DNA from: Janthinobacterium lividum
GTDB lineage: Bacteria; Bacteroidota; Bacteroidia; Cytophagales; Hymenobacteraceae
Direction: 5' to 3'
Length of the DNA stretch: 64,000 bases
NCBI GenBank assembly: GCA_050954355.1
Contig: JBPBPH010000089.1
Span: 546-64,545 of the forward strand
Positions 49,217 through 58,893 of this stretch are shown here, in pieces. How positions within the stretch are numbered: position 1 is the stretch's first letter; each line of letters opens with the position of its first letter. Made by a program: the position numbers and the translations under genes. Below the pieces are notes generated by a model, which worked only from the letters and a program-made list of their open reading frames with translations, did no database searches and was not told the DNA's origin.

Positions 49217-51838
49217 CTAGCCCCGGCGCGGGCGCAATGCCAGGTAATCGAGGTAATATAAAATCTTGATGGACACGTTGTTGTTGTGCGGCGTGTTGGC
49301 CACGTTGGTCAGGTTGTCGAAGTAGAGCGGGGTGGCCTCGTTGCCGAGCAGCGAGGTAGCGCTGGCGTTTTTCCACACCAAGCTCACCTGCGAGCCGGGC
49401 GCAAACCACCACACCAGGGACGCGTCTACGTTGAAGGCGTTGAAGCTGGTATCGTGGTTGCGGGTGTAGCCGGGCAGCATTTCCTCGGCGCCGCCGGGGC
49501 GCAGGCGCGCAAAAGCCCGGTAGTGCACCGTGCTCACGTAGTGGCGCACGCGCATGGTGAAGGACAGGCGGTTGGTGAAGGTGTAGTTGGTGGTGAGCGT
49601 GTTGGTGAAGGTGCTCACGTTGCGGCAACCCAGCAGCACGTCGGGCCCCAGCAGCTGGCTGTACTGCTGGTCGATGGCCGCACTCAGGTCGAAGCCGTCG
49701 TTGACGTAGCCTATTTGGTTTACTTTCAAGCTATAATCAAACGTGTAGCGGAAGTTGAGCTTATCGCTCACGCGGTAGCGCGGGCTCAGGGTGAGGCCGT
49801 AGCCCTGGCGCCGGGGCCGCCCCGCCACCGGCGCCCGCTCGTCGCGGGCGTAGAGGCGCAGGCCCACGTTCGCGTCGTAGGCCAGCTTCTGGCGGGAGTC
49901 GCTCGATAGGTAGGCCCCCAGGTTGGCGCTGGTAGGCACCCGCACGTAGTACGCACCCAGCGGAAAGGTGCGCGGCTCGTAGAAGTCGTGCTTGGCCAGG
50001 TCCAGGTTCAGGTTGAAGCCCGCGCTCAAGAAGCTCTTGGTGAAGGTAGTGTTGGCGCTGCCGTAGAGGCCCGCGTTCTGGTAGAGCAGGGGCTGAAACA
50101 GCGCCGAGTGGTAGGCCCCTAGGGTGGTGTAGAGGTTGTTGACCTTCCAAAAAGGCTGGTACTTGTTGTAGTTGATGGTGGCCGACTGGCTGACGTTGTT
50201 GTTGCCAAACAGGATGCCCAGGTCGTTGGGATTATAGGTATCCGACTCGATGCCGTGGTCCACGTTCCAGAGCCAGTTGCCCGAAATCTTGCCCGCGCTC
50301 AGGTAGTACTTGTAGCCGTTCTGGTCGTCGATGGGCGTTTCCGAGTTCAGGGCCAGGCCGCGGCGGCGCGAGTAGTTCAGCTGCCCATTCACGGCGTACT
50401 CGTTCTTTTTATCGGCCAGCTTAAACAGGCCGGCCATCACGTTGGCGTCGTAGGCCTGGCCGGCGCGCGTCACGTTGGTATTGATGAGCGATACGTAGGA
50501 GTTGTGGGGCAGGCTCTGGTCGAGCACCACGATGTTGTAGTTGGTCAGCGGCTGGGTCAATAGCTGGCGCTGCCGCCCGCTGGCCGAGTCCTGCACCGTG
50601 GCGTACATGCTGGCCGACACGGCGTTGAATACTCCGATGCCCAGCCCCTGGCGGGTGCGGCCGCTCACCTTGGTGGCGTTGTAGAGGCGCGCCACGCCGG
50701 GGTTTTGCACGATGTACTCCCTAGGGCCCAGCAGGCCCGGCACGTCATCAAAGCCCAGGGGCTGGGCCCCCACCCGGCGCGAGTAAAAGAGGTTGCCCTT
50801 GTTGAACAGCTCGGTGCCTTCGGTGAAGAACGTGCGGTTTTCCTGGTACTGCACCTCAAAGGGCGAGAGGTTAAGCACCTGGTTATCACTGATGGTTTGG
50901 CCGAAGTCGGGCACCAGGGTCGCGTCGAGGGTAAAGCTCTCGTTGATGCCCCACTTCAAGTCGGCCCCGCCGTTGAAGCTGGCGCTGGCGTTGCGCTTGC
51001 CTTGCACGTTGTAGGGGTAGTGGTTGGCGTAAGCGCTCACGTAGGGCGTGAGCGAGAGGCGCAGCGGCGGGTGCAGCTCGCGCAGGCCGGTCAGCTCGCC
51101 CCACTGGTTCACGAAGCCGTCCACCTGGGGCAGCACCTCATTCCAGAAAAACTGCTGGTTGCTGGCCTTGCGCTGGCGCATCAGGTTGAGGCCCCAGGTT
51201 TGCACCGGCGCCGCCGCAAAGCGCAGGGCCGAGTACGGAATGCGCATTTCCACGCTCCAGCCGCGGCCGTCGGGCAGCGGGGCCACCCGGCTTTCCCACA
51301 CCGCGTTCCACGAGCCGTCCTCGCCGTTGGCGGGCGAGTAGCGCAGGTCGAGCTGCACGCCGGTGCTCATCACGATGAAGCCGTAGCCGTTGAGGTGGTC
51401 GCGGTAGGGGTCGAGGAAGATGCCGAAAAAATCGGTATTGCCCACGTCGTCGCGCTGGGTCAGCTCGTGCCGCACGCTATCGGGACTGGTTTCTACCAGC
51501 TTGGCGCCCACGTAGATAGCCGCATCGTCGTAGAGCACGCGGGCTTCGGTGGGCAGGCGCTCGGGGCGGCCCGGATTGGGCCGCTTCTCGATAAACTGGC
51601 TGGCTACCGGCGCCGTAACCCAGGCCGCGTCGTCGAGCACCCCGTCGAGCTTGATGGGCGTGGCCGTGCGGGTGGCCGCCAGCTGCTGCCGGGGGGCCAG
51701 GGCAGGCGCCGCGGGCGTGGCGGAGGGCTTGGCGGCTACTTTAGCGGTGGCCGGGGCCGACTGCCCTAGGGCCACACGGGCGCAGCAAGCCGCCAGCCAC
51801 AGGCCCAATAGGCCGCGCCGCAGCAAAATAATTAACAT
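49217..51838 (-). CDS. CBM9-like + DUF5916-like outer-membrane protein
   Basis: IKLDGVLDD.AW, EMRIPYSALRF and PDFGQ...LNLSPFE...ENR.FF.EG motifs. Confidence 0.85.
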   Translation of the reverse strand: MLIILLRRGLLGLWLAACCARVALGQSAPATAKVAAKPSATPAAPALAPRQQLAATRTATPIKLDGVLDDAAWVTAPVASQFIEKRPNPGRPERLPTEARVLYDDAAIYVGAKLVETSPDSVRHELTQRDDVGNTDFFGIFLDPYRDHLNGYGFIVMSTGVQLDLRYSPANGEDGSWNAVWESRVAPLPDGRGWSVEMRIPYSALRFAAAPVQTWGLNLMRQRKASNQQFFWNEVLPQVDGFVNQWGELTGLRELHPPLRLSLTPYVSAYANHYPYNVQGKRNASASFNGGADLKWGINESFTLDATLVPDFGQTISDNQVLNLSPFEVQYQENRTFFTEGTELFNKGNLFYSRRVGAQPLGFDDVPGLLGPREYIVQNPGVARLYNATKVSGRTRQGLGIGVFNAVSASMYATVQDSASGRQRQLLTQPLTNYNIVVLDQSLPHNSYVSLINTNVTRAGQAYDANVMAGLFKLADKKNEYAVNGQLNYSRRRGLALNSETPIDDQNGYKYYLSAGKISGNWLWNVDHGIESDTYNPNDLGILFGNNNVSQSATINYNKYQPFWKVNNLYTTLGAYHSALFQPLLYQNAGLYGSANTTFTKSFLSAGFNLNLDLAKHDFYEPRTFPLGAYYVRVPTSANLGAYLSSDSRQKLAYDANVGLRLYARDERAPVAGRPRRQGYGLTLSPRYRVSDKLNFRYTFDYSLKVNQIGYVNDGFDLSAAIDQQYSQLLGPDVLLGCRNVSTFTNTLTTNYTFTNRLSFTMRVRHYVSTVHYRAFARLRPGGAEEMLPGYTRNHDTSFNAFNVDASLVWWFAPGSQVSLVWKNASATSLLGNEATPLYFDNLTNVANTPHNNNVSIKILYYLDYLALRPRRG

Positions 51839-51871
51839 GAAAATTTGATGATTAAAGCATTCGGCGAGCCA

Positions 51872-51898
51872 TAGACCACCAGCACCGCGCCGCGTTGC
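51872..51898 (-). promoter_or_regulatory. Putative ECF-sigma promoter upstream of the DUF5916-like gene
   Basis: Minus strand GCAAC-N16-GGTCTA. Confidence 0.5.
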
Positions 51899-52038
51899 CT
51901 GGCTGCTTGGCAGTAGTTTAAATCCACTGCTTTTGCCTTTACTGCCAGCTACTTATTGGAGAATGATAGTAGAGGCAAGTAACTGGAGCCCAGGCTGGGC
52001 CAGCAGGCCCTAGGCCCCGGCGGCCAAGCTAGGCGCGC

Positions 52039-52833
52039 CTAGCGCGTGCGAAAAAATACGTCGCCGCTGATGCTGCTCAGCGACACGAGCGGGCCACCCT
52101 CAGTGCGGCCGGTGTGCCCGCGCAGGCTATAGCCCACGTAGTGCCGCGCCCGGCGGTTGCTAAACGTCACGCTCGAGTCGGCGTACACTTCGCCGCTCAG
52201 GCTTTTGAGGGTAAGCTCGGCCTGGCGGGCGGGCGGCCAGCTGGCGTCCACGTCGCCGCTAATCGACTCGGCACTGACCGGGGCGCGGCCGGGCAGGCCC
52301 GTGAGGTGAATATCGCCGCTGATGGCGCGGGCCTGCACCGCCCCGCTTAGCCCCGCCAGGTGCAAGTCGCCGCTGATGGACTTCAGCGTCACGGCCCCGG
52401 CCAGGTCCTGCGCGTCGATGTCGCCGCTTACCGTGCGGATGCTCAGGGGCGTGGCGGCGGGCAGCGTCACTTCGTAGTCGATGCGCAGGGCATTATCGTC
52501 ATCAGTGTGGTGGCCGTTGTTACCATCGTGCCAGTTGTGCTGCCAGTAGCGGGCTATCTGCTCCTTATCCAACTTTTCCTCCACCAGCACTTCCGTGCTG
52601 GTCGTGGTCACGGCCAGGTCGTAGGTTTGGTCGAGGTCGTGGTCGGCAATGGTTACCTGGGCCCGCACGGTGAGGCCCGGCCCGGCGCCCGGCCGCACCC
52701 GAATGTGGTGGGCATATTTCAGCTCCAGCGCCACGGCCTGGCTGGCCCCTAGGGGTAGCTGGCGCTCCACCAGACGCTGGGCGCGGGCGGGGCCTAGGGC
52801 AGTTAGCAGCAAAGCGAGGATAATGGTTTTCAT
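52039..52833 (-). CDS. DUF4097-like beta-strand repeat secreted protein
   Basis: Signal peptide; repeated (T/S)(V/I)SGD(I/L/V). Confidence 0.82.
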   Translation of the reverse strand: MKTIILALLLTALGPARAQRLVERQLPLGASQAVALELKYAHHIRVRPGAGPGLTVRAQVTIADHDLDQTYDLAVTTTSTEVLVEEKLDKEQIARYWQHNWHDGNNGHHTDDDNALRIDYEVTLPAATPLSIRTVSGDIDAQDLAGAVTLKSISGDLHLAGLSGAVQARAISGDIHLTGLPGRAPVSAESISGDVDASWPPARQAELTLKSLSGEVYADSSVTFSNRRARHYVGYSLRGHTGRTEGGPLVSLSSISGDVFFRTR

Positions 52834-52913
52834 AGCAGACAATTAAAAGATGGTTGGAAAACGACTTCGCCCCTGGCTGGCGCTTGAGCTTGGCGCCGGG
52901 CCCTAGGCCTTCC

Positions 52914-53738
52914 CTACTTGGCTTGCCGGAACACCACGTTGCCACTGGCGGCTTGCAGCCGCACCGGCACAAATTCGCCGCTGCCGCTGCCGTAGTTGGC
53001 TTGCAACTGGCGCCCCACGTAGCGCGCGGGCTTGGGCAAGCCGGGCTGGGGGGCCGGCTCGGCCGTGGCGGTGCCGCTGGTAGTTTGCATGTTCAGGGCC
53101 GCATTTTGGGTAGGTGGCCAGCTTACCTCCACATTACCGCTGGTGCTGCTGGCCATGAGGGGCGCCGTGCCGGGGCTGTCCACCTCCACGTAGCCGCTCA
53201 CGGTTTTGGCCACCACCGGGCCGCGCACGCCGGCCAGCTTCAGGCTGCCGCTCACGTCGGTGATGAATACGGCGCCCGTCAGGTCGTGCACGTACACGTC
53301 ACCGCAGGTGGTGCTCAGGTGCACTTCGGCGCCGGCGGGCACCGTCACTTCGTAATCGAGGCGGGCGCAGTAGCTGTAGCCGCCGCTGGCCGGGCCCTGG
53401 CTCCAGTCGCCGCTATTGTTGCGAATGCCGTGGCACTCGCCTTGGTAAACGGTTTTGCGTAGCACCCCCAGGTCCAGTTTTTCGGTGAAGAGCACCTCGT
53501 CGGGGGTACTCTCCTGCACCAGGGTATAGGCCTCATTCTGCTGATTGTTGTTCAGGCTCACGTGAGCCGTCACGCGCAGCTCATCGCCAGACTTTACCTC
53601 GATGCGCTGGGCTTCGCGCAGGCGCAACGCCACGCGCTGGCCGGCTTTGTAGGGCGCGGCTTGGGATTCCAGGCGCTGGGCGCGGGCGGCGCCTAGGGCA
53701 GTTAGCAGCAGGCCGACGGCAAGTAAAAACCTAATCAT
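52914..53738 (-). CDS. DUF4097-like beta-strand repeat secreted protein
   Basis: Signal peptide; repeated xxSGxV. Confidence 0.8.
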   Translation of the reverse strand: MIRFLLAVGLLLTALGAARAQRLESQAAPYKAGQRVALRLREAQRIEVKSGDELRVTAHVSLNNNQQNEAYTLVQESTPDEVLFTEKLDLGVLRKTVYQGECHGIRNNSGDWSQGPASGGYSYCARLDYEVTVPAGAEVHLSTTCGDVYVHDLTGAVFITDVSGSLKLAGVRGPVVAKTVSGYVEVDSPGTAPLMASSTSGNVEVSWPPTQNAALNMQTTSGTATAEPAPQPGLPKPARYVGRQLQANYGSGSGEFVPVRLQAASGNVVFRQAK

Positions 53739-53781
53739 GAGATGGGAAAATATGGACTATAAAACAATGATAATCAACCGG

Positions 53782-54555
53782 TTACTTCGTTTTGCGCACG
53801 AAGATGTCGCCGCTTACCGACCGGAGCGAGAAGGTAGTACCACCGCCGTTGGCGCGGCCCTCCACCGTTTGGCCGCCCACGTGGTGCAGGCTGCTGCTGC
53901 CCAGGTTCAGGTCGAAGTCAGTGTAGATTTCGCCCGAGATGGAGCGCATCGAAAGGCTGACCTTGGCCGGCGCGGGCAGGCTCACGTCCACGTCGCCGCT
54001 CACCGAGGTGATGGCGCAGGGCTGGTCGGGCACCCCGCTGAACTGCACCTTCACGTCGCCGCTCACCGTGTTGGCCACCACCGCGCCGCTCATGTTCAGC
54101 AGGCGCAAGTCGCCCGAGGTCAAACTCACTTCCAGGCGGCCGGCCAGGTTGCGCACCGTCAGGTCGCTCGACAGGTTCCACTGGTTGTGGGTGAAGGCCA
54201 CGTCGGTTTGGCGCGGCACCCGCACCGTGTAGTGGCCGTCGCCGTTGCTGGTGCCCACCACGCGCAGCGTGTTGTTGCCGTCCGGCGTCACGCTCAGCCC
54301 CAGGTGGGTATTGTCGCCCCCGCCGGCGTAGATGGGCTTGAGGCCATTGGCCAGGGAGGGGGGCGGCGTGTAGTGGTAGCCGCTGGCCGTAATAAACAGC
54401 TCGTCGCCGTCGTAGCCTTCCACCGTCACGTCGCCCTGGCGCATATCAAGCACCACTTTGCGGCCCTGGGCGCTGGCAAATCTCATCTTAAACTCTTGGG
54501 CGTGCAGCCCCAGGGGCAGCAGCCACGCCAGCAGTATTAAATACTTGGTATTCAT
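53782..54555 (-). CDS. DUF4097-like beta-strand repeat secreted protein
   Basis: Signal peptide; TVSGDV, SVSGDV and SISGEI repeats. Confidence 0.82.
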   Translation of the reverse strand: MNTKYLILLAWLLPLGLHAQEFKMRFASAQGRKVVLDMRQGDVTVEGYDGDELFITASGYHYTPPPSLANGLKPIYAGGGDNTHLGLSVTPDGNNTLRVVGTSNGDGHYTVRVPRQTDVAFTHNQWNLSSDLTVRNLAGRLEVSLTSGDLRLLNMSGAVVANTVSGDVKVQFSGVPDQPCAITSVSGDVDVSLPAPAKVSLSMRSISGEIYTDFDLNLGSSSLHHVGGQTVEGRANGGGTTFSLRSVSGDIFVRKTK

Positions 54556-54721
54556 AATTAAAACAGGTAAAAGCGAGGAGGAAAAACCGGTTAACTAGCG
54601 GAGCCGCGCGCCGCACCGGGGCCGGGGCCCGGCAGTGTGCCCGCGGCCTAGGGTGCACCCTAGGCCGGCAGGCTAGTGCTTACTAATTAGTGACTACCTA
54701 CTGATACTTAATGATTAATCT

Positions 54722-55648
54722 TTAAATTAACTGCCCTAGGCCACTGGCGGCTTGCTGGCGCACGGCGGGCAGCACTTTAGCTTGCTGCGAGAGCTGCTCC
54801 AGCTCGGGCACGGCGCGCTTTTCGCGCAGCGTCACCAGGGCGTCGATGAGGGTTATTTGCACGTTGGGGTCGGTTTGCAGGGGTAGGGCCTCTACCAGGG
54901 CGAGGCCCACGCGGGGGTCGGCGCGCAGGCGCACCAGGGCCTCGCAGGCGGCCAGGCGCACGTTGGGGTTGGGGTCGGTATCGAGGGTGTGAATGAGGGT
55001 GAGCACGGCCGGGTCGCCGGGCTCGGTTACCAGGGCCGGGGCCTCACTCACCAGGGCCAGGCGCTGGCTGGCCGAGGCCGGCTGCTGGCGGGCGGCGGCC
55101 AGCTGCACGCTCAGCGTGGGCCGGCGAGCTTCAGCGGCGGTGGCCGCTGGGGCTTGGGCTACCTGGGTTACCGTGGGGCCGGCGCCGCTGCCGCGCAGCA
55201 GCAGCCCCAGCACGGCCCCTAGGGCTACCAGCGCCACGCTGGCCGCCACGCGCAGCCAGGTAAAGGTGTCGTGTTTTTCATTTTTGGGGGCTACCTGGCT
55301 GGCAGCGCCTGGCAGCGGCTGGCCGCCGCGCTGGCTGGCCAGGCTGCCACCCAACTTATTGCTCAGCCCGCCGGGCGAAGCTGCTGCTAGCTTCGCCTTT
55401 TCCTCGTTCAGCATGGCCAGGAAGTTATCGCGCAGCTCCAGGGGCGGCACCTCGGCTGGCAGCGCATCCAGGTCTTGCAGCAGCTGGCGCAGCTCGGCTA
55501 GCTCCTGCTGGCAGGCGGGGCAGGCGGGCAAGTGCGCGGCCAGGTGCGCGGCCTCGGGCGGCAGCGGGCGGCCGTCGGCCAGCTCGGGCAGCCAGGGCCG
55601 CAGCTCGGCGCAGGGCGGGTTAGGGTGGGCAGAAGGGCTAGGGGTCAT
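54722..55648 (-). CDS. Putative anti-sigma factor (zinc-finger HxxxCxxC, TM, HEAT repeats)
   Basis: HLPACPAC, one TM, DPNPNVRLAA / TDPNVQITL; lies directly after the ECF sigma. Confidence 0.82.
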   Translation of the reverse strand: MTPSPSAHPNPPCAELRPWLPELADGRPLPPEAAHLAAHLPACPACQQELAELRQLLQDLDALPAEVPPLELRDNFLAMLNEEKAKLAAASPGGLSNKLGGSLASQRGGQPLPGAASQVAPKNEKHDTFTWLRVAASVALVALGAVLGLLLRGSGAGPTVTQVAQAPAATAAEARRPTLSVQLAAARQQPASASQRLALVSEAPALVTEPGDPAVLTLIHTLDTDPNPNVRLAACEALVRLRADPRVGLALVEALPLQTDPNVQITLIDALVTLREKRAVPELEQLSQQAKVLPAVRQQAASGLGQLI

Positions 55649-55683
55649 TGATAATAATTACTTACTGCTTGATAATTGCTTGC

Positions 55684-56247
55684 TTAACTCAAGTAAATCT
55701 TACGTAGCGCGTCCAGCGCCCGGTGGGCTTTTACGCGGGCGGCGCCGGCGGTGCAGCCCAGCTGCTCGCCAATCTCGGCGTAGTCGAAGCCCTGGAAGCG
55801 GTGCAGCACCAGCACCTCGCGCTGGGCGGCGGGCAGCAGGGCCAGGGCTTCGTGCAGGGCCTGCTGCTCGTCGTGGCGGGCGCGCTGGCTGTGGGCCTGG
55901 CGGCCGTGGGCAGCGGTCTTTTCTACTTCCTCCAGGTCGGCGGTGGGGCGCTGGCGCTGGTAGTGGTCGGCCCACACGTGGCGGGCCAGCTGGTACACCC
56001 AGGCCCGAAACGGCTGGCCCGGCTGGTAGCTAGCGCGGTAGCGCAGCACCCGCACAAATACGTTCTGGGTCAGGTCCTGGGCCAGGTCGCGGTCGCCGCC
56101 CGCCAGCCGGGCCAAGAAGCCAAACAGCGGCCCCTGGTAGCGCTCAAACAGCCCGGTTAGCTGGTCGAGGTCGCCGGCCTGCACCTGGGCCATCAGGGCT
56201 TCATCGCTGGCAAGCGTGGCAACTGGGGGCAGAGGAGCAGTAGGCAC
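55684..56247 (-). CDS. ECF RNA polymerase sigma factor
   Basis: SDEALM, AQDLTQNVF, FRAWVYQLAR and YAEIGEQLG...RVKAHRAL motifs. GTG start is inferred. Confidence 0.92.
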   Translation of the reverse strand: MPTAPLPPVATLASDEALMAQVQAGDLDQLTGLFERYQGPLFGFLARLAGGDRDLAQDLTQNVFVRVLRYRASYQPGQPFRAWVYQLARHVWADHYQRQRPTADLEEVEKTAAHGRQAHSQRARHDEQQALHEALALLPAAQREVLVLHRFQGFDYAEIGEQLGCTAGAARVKAHRALDALRKIYLS

Positions 56248-56272
56248 TGGCAGAGCGGGGGGTTTGAAGCGG

Positions 56273-56298
56273 TTACCGCCGGCGGGGCCGGACGTTAC
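56273..56298 (-). promoter_or_regulatory. Putative autoregulatory ECF promoter
   Basis: Minus strand GTAAC-N16-GGTAA just upstream of the sigma gene. Confidence 0.55.
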
Positions 56299-56352
56299 GG
56301 CGGGGGATAAAGATTTTTGCATCTTATGCGGGTAATTGATAGCCTAACGCAC

Positions 56353-56396
56353 AAAAAAATAGCTAGCTTCTTGCAAATCAAGAGACTAGCTATTTT
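56353..56396 (-). terminator. Terminator after the M56 gene
   Basis: AAAATAGCTAG...CTAGCTATTTT hairpin with a 7-T run on the minus strand. Confidence 0.7.
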
Positions 56397-56421
56397 CAAA
56401 AAGCCTATGGCTTAGGCCACG

Positions 56422-58893
56422 CTAATTTTCGTTGACGGAAATCTGGAAGGTTGATTTCTGGAAGGTTGATTTGGTCTTGCCCTTACCGCTGGCGGCGGGT
56501 TGGTTGAAGAGCTTGCGGTACTTGGCCACCTGGTCGGGCGTGAGGGCTTTGCCATTGGCGCGGCCGCCCTCGTCGTTTAGCTCAAACGAGAAGTGCTTTT
56601 CGTCGCTGATGAGGCCATCGCGGCGTAGCTCCTCGCGCAGGCGGTTGGTGTTGGGGGCCGGGGGTGGCGGCGGGGGCAGGTGCGGCATGGCCGGCTCTTG
56701 CGGCGCCGGAGGGGCGGGCGGAGCCAGCGGGGCGCGGGGCGGGCGGGGCAGCTTGGCAGTAGTGGGGCCACTGTAAACTAGCTCTTCGCGGCCAGCACTA
56801 CTCAGCGCGCGTAGCTCGGCAGCGTCGGCAGCCATACGGGCGCGCAACTCAGCCCGACGGGTATTGATTTCCAGCAGTTTGGCGTTTCGCGCGGCCTGCT
56901 CCGCGTTGCGCCCGGCCTGCTCAGCATTGCGCTGGGCTTGCGTCGCGTTGCGGTCGGCTTGGTCGGCATCGCGGTCGGCCTGGTTTAGCTCGGCTAGGCC
57001 GTTGAGGTTGGTCGTAACATTGCCATTGAGGTTCAGTTGAAATTGCCGCTGAGCCTTTTGCAACTGGCGCTGCCCTTCGCGCAGGCGGCGCTGGCCTTCC
57101 TGCATTTGCTGCTGGTTGTCTTGCAGCCTGAACTGGAAGGTGCGCAGCTGGTCGCCGAACTGCTTGCTTGTCTGCCAGTTTCCTTTGGAGGCATCAAGTT
57201 CTGCGTCACTCGTGTCATCGCCTTCCGCGATTCCATATTGCCAGCCAGTGTTTGCGCCAGCTTCTCTCAGCCGTAGTAACTCACGCGCAATGTCTTGGCG
57301 CTGCCCTATGGTTAAGCTACTGTTACTTAGCAACTCTGCTAATTTGAGCTGCTCTGATTCGGTTGACTTATTCCGCGGAAATCTAAAGGCTCCAAGGCGC
57401 TCTAGGCGTACCTGGTTGTTGGGCACGGTCACTACCTCTACGGTGCGGACTTTCTCTTGCTTGTTGCGCTTGGCTTTTTTGCCGGTGGCCGCCGTTTCAA
57501 TGGGCTGGCCGTCCACGGTTAGGCTCACTACCCGGCCTTTCTTATCTTTCTCCAGCACCACCGTGCTCGGGCGGCCCTGGCGCGGGCTGCGCGGCAGCCG
57601 GCGGAGGCGAGGCTCGTCGGCCGCGTCCAAATCTGCATCGCCGGTGGCCACCACAGTCATCTGCGCCTGCTTGCGTAGTGGCTTGGCCGTCGTGGCAGTA
57701 GTAATGGTGACAGTGGCAGTACCGGCTTTGGCCTGGTGGGCGGTGTCGGCCGGCGCAATGGTTTGCTTGATGGTGGCTAGCAGCGCCCGGGGAGCTTTGC
57801 TAGCCACGGGGGCAGCCATGGCCAGGCCGGTGCCCAGGCCCGCCACGCCCAGCAGGCATAGCAAGCCCGCCAGCAGGCCTTCGGTGAGCGTGGGCGCCTG
57901 GGGGCGGCCTAGGGCCAGCCGGCGCACCCGCGCCAGCAGCGAGCCGCGGCCCCCGGTGCCGGCGGCGGCCAGGGCCAGGCGCGGCACGGGAGCAGTAGAA
58001 GCCTCTAGCTCGGCCAGGGCGGCCAGGGCGCGGGCCACCCGCAGGGCGTCGCCGCCGCAGAGCGTCGCGGCCTGGTCGTCGCAGCAGTTTTCGCGCTCGG
58101 CACGCAGGCAGCCAGCCATAAACCACACCGCCGGGTGGTAGAAAAACACTGCTTCAGTAGCGGCCAGCGCTAAGTTGAGCAGGTAGTCGCGGCGCACGAT
58201 GTGGGCCAGCTCGTGCGCCAGCAGGGCTTCGAGCAGCGCCGGCGGTAAGCCCGCCACCGCCCCTAGAGGCAGCAGAATGGCCGGCCGCAGGTAGCCCAGC
58301 ACCAGCGGCCCGCGCACCCGGCCCGACTCAAGCAAGGCCACCGGGCGGCGCAGACCAACGCGGGTGGCCAGCGCGGCCAGGCGCTGCTGCCACTCGGCCC
58401 CTAGGGCCTGGGTGCCCGCCCGGCGCAGGCGGCCGGCATAAAACAAGCCGCCTGCCAGCCGGCCCGCCATCAGCAGCAAACCCAGTAGCCAGGCGGCCAC
58501 CAGCAGCGGCAGGTAGGGCTCGGCCCGGTGGGCCAGGGCCGCCAGCGGCGTTGGGGGCGCCAGGGCCTGACTACTAGTTTCAGTCTGAAAAGCCAGTATG
58601 CTAGCTACCACGGCATTTTCCCGAGGCGACAGACTCATTGGTAGCGGCCGACTAGCTGGAGCCTGGCTGTAGTAGTAGCCAAAGGTGCCGCCTACGGCCA
58701 GCAGCAGGCCCGCTAAAGCGGCGGCGCTGGCCGCGTAGCGCACTTCGGGGCGGTGGCGGCGCAGCAGCGGCAGCGCGGCGGCTAGCAGCCCGGCCAGCCC
58801 CGCGCCCTGCCACAGCGAATGCAGCAGCGCGTAGCCCAGCGCCCGCACCAGCGCGGGCGATAACCAATTCTCAAGCAGCCGGAGCGTTGTCAT
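56422..58893 (-). CDS. BlaR1/MecR1-type M56 metallopeptidase sensor
   Basis: LLHSLWQG, HELAHIVRRD, FFYHPAVW and ERENCCD motifs; low-complexity C-terminus. Confidence 0.92.
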   Translation of the reverse strand: MTTLRLLENWLSPALVRALGYALLHSLWQGAGLAGLLAAALPLLRRHRPEVRYAASAAALAGLLLAVGGTFGYYYSQAPASRPLPMSLSPRENAVVASILAFQTETSSQALAPPTPLAALAHRAEPYLPLLVAAWLLGLLLMAGRLAGGLFYAGRLRRAGTQALGAEWQQRLAALATRVGLRRPVALLESGRVRGPLVLGYLRPAILLPLGAVAGLPPALLEALLAHELAHIVRRDYLLNLALAATEAVFFYHPAVWFMAGCLRAERENCCDDQAATLCGGDALRVARALAALAELEASTAPVPRLALAAAGTGGRGSLLARVRRLALGRPQAPTLTEGLLAGLLCLLGVAGLGTGLAMAAPVASKAPRALLATIKQTIAPADTAHQAKAGTATVTITTATTAKPLRKQAQMTVVATGDADLDAADEPRLRRLPRSPRQGRPSTVVLEKDKKGRVVSLTVDGQPIETAATGKKAKRNKQEKVRTVEVVTVPNNQVRLERLGAFRFPRNKSTESEQLKLAELLSNSSLTIGQRQDIARELLRLREAGANTGWQYGIAEGDDTSDAELDASKGNWQTSKQFGDQLRTFQFRLQDNQQQMQEGQRRLREGQRQLQKAQRQFQLNLNGNVTTNLNGLAELNQADRDADQADRNATQAQRNAEQAGRNAEQAARNAKLLEINTRRAELRARMAADAAELRALSSAGREELVYSGPTTAKLPRPPRAPLAPPAPPAPQEPAMPHLPPPPPPAPNTNRLREELRRDGLISDEKHFSFELNDEGGRANGKALTPDQVAKYRKLFNQPAASGKGKTKSTFQKSTFQISVNEN

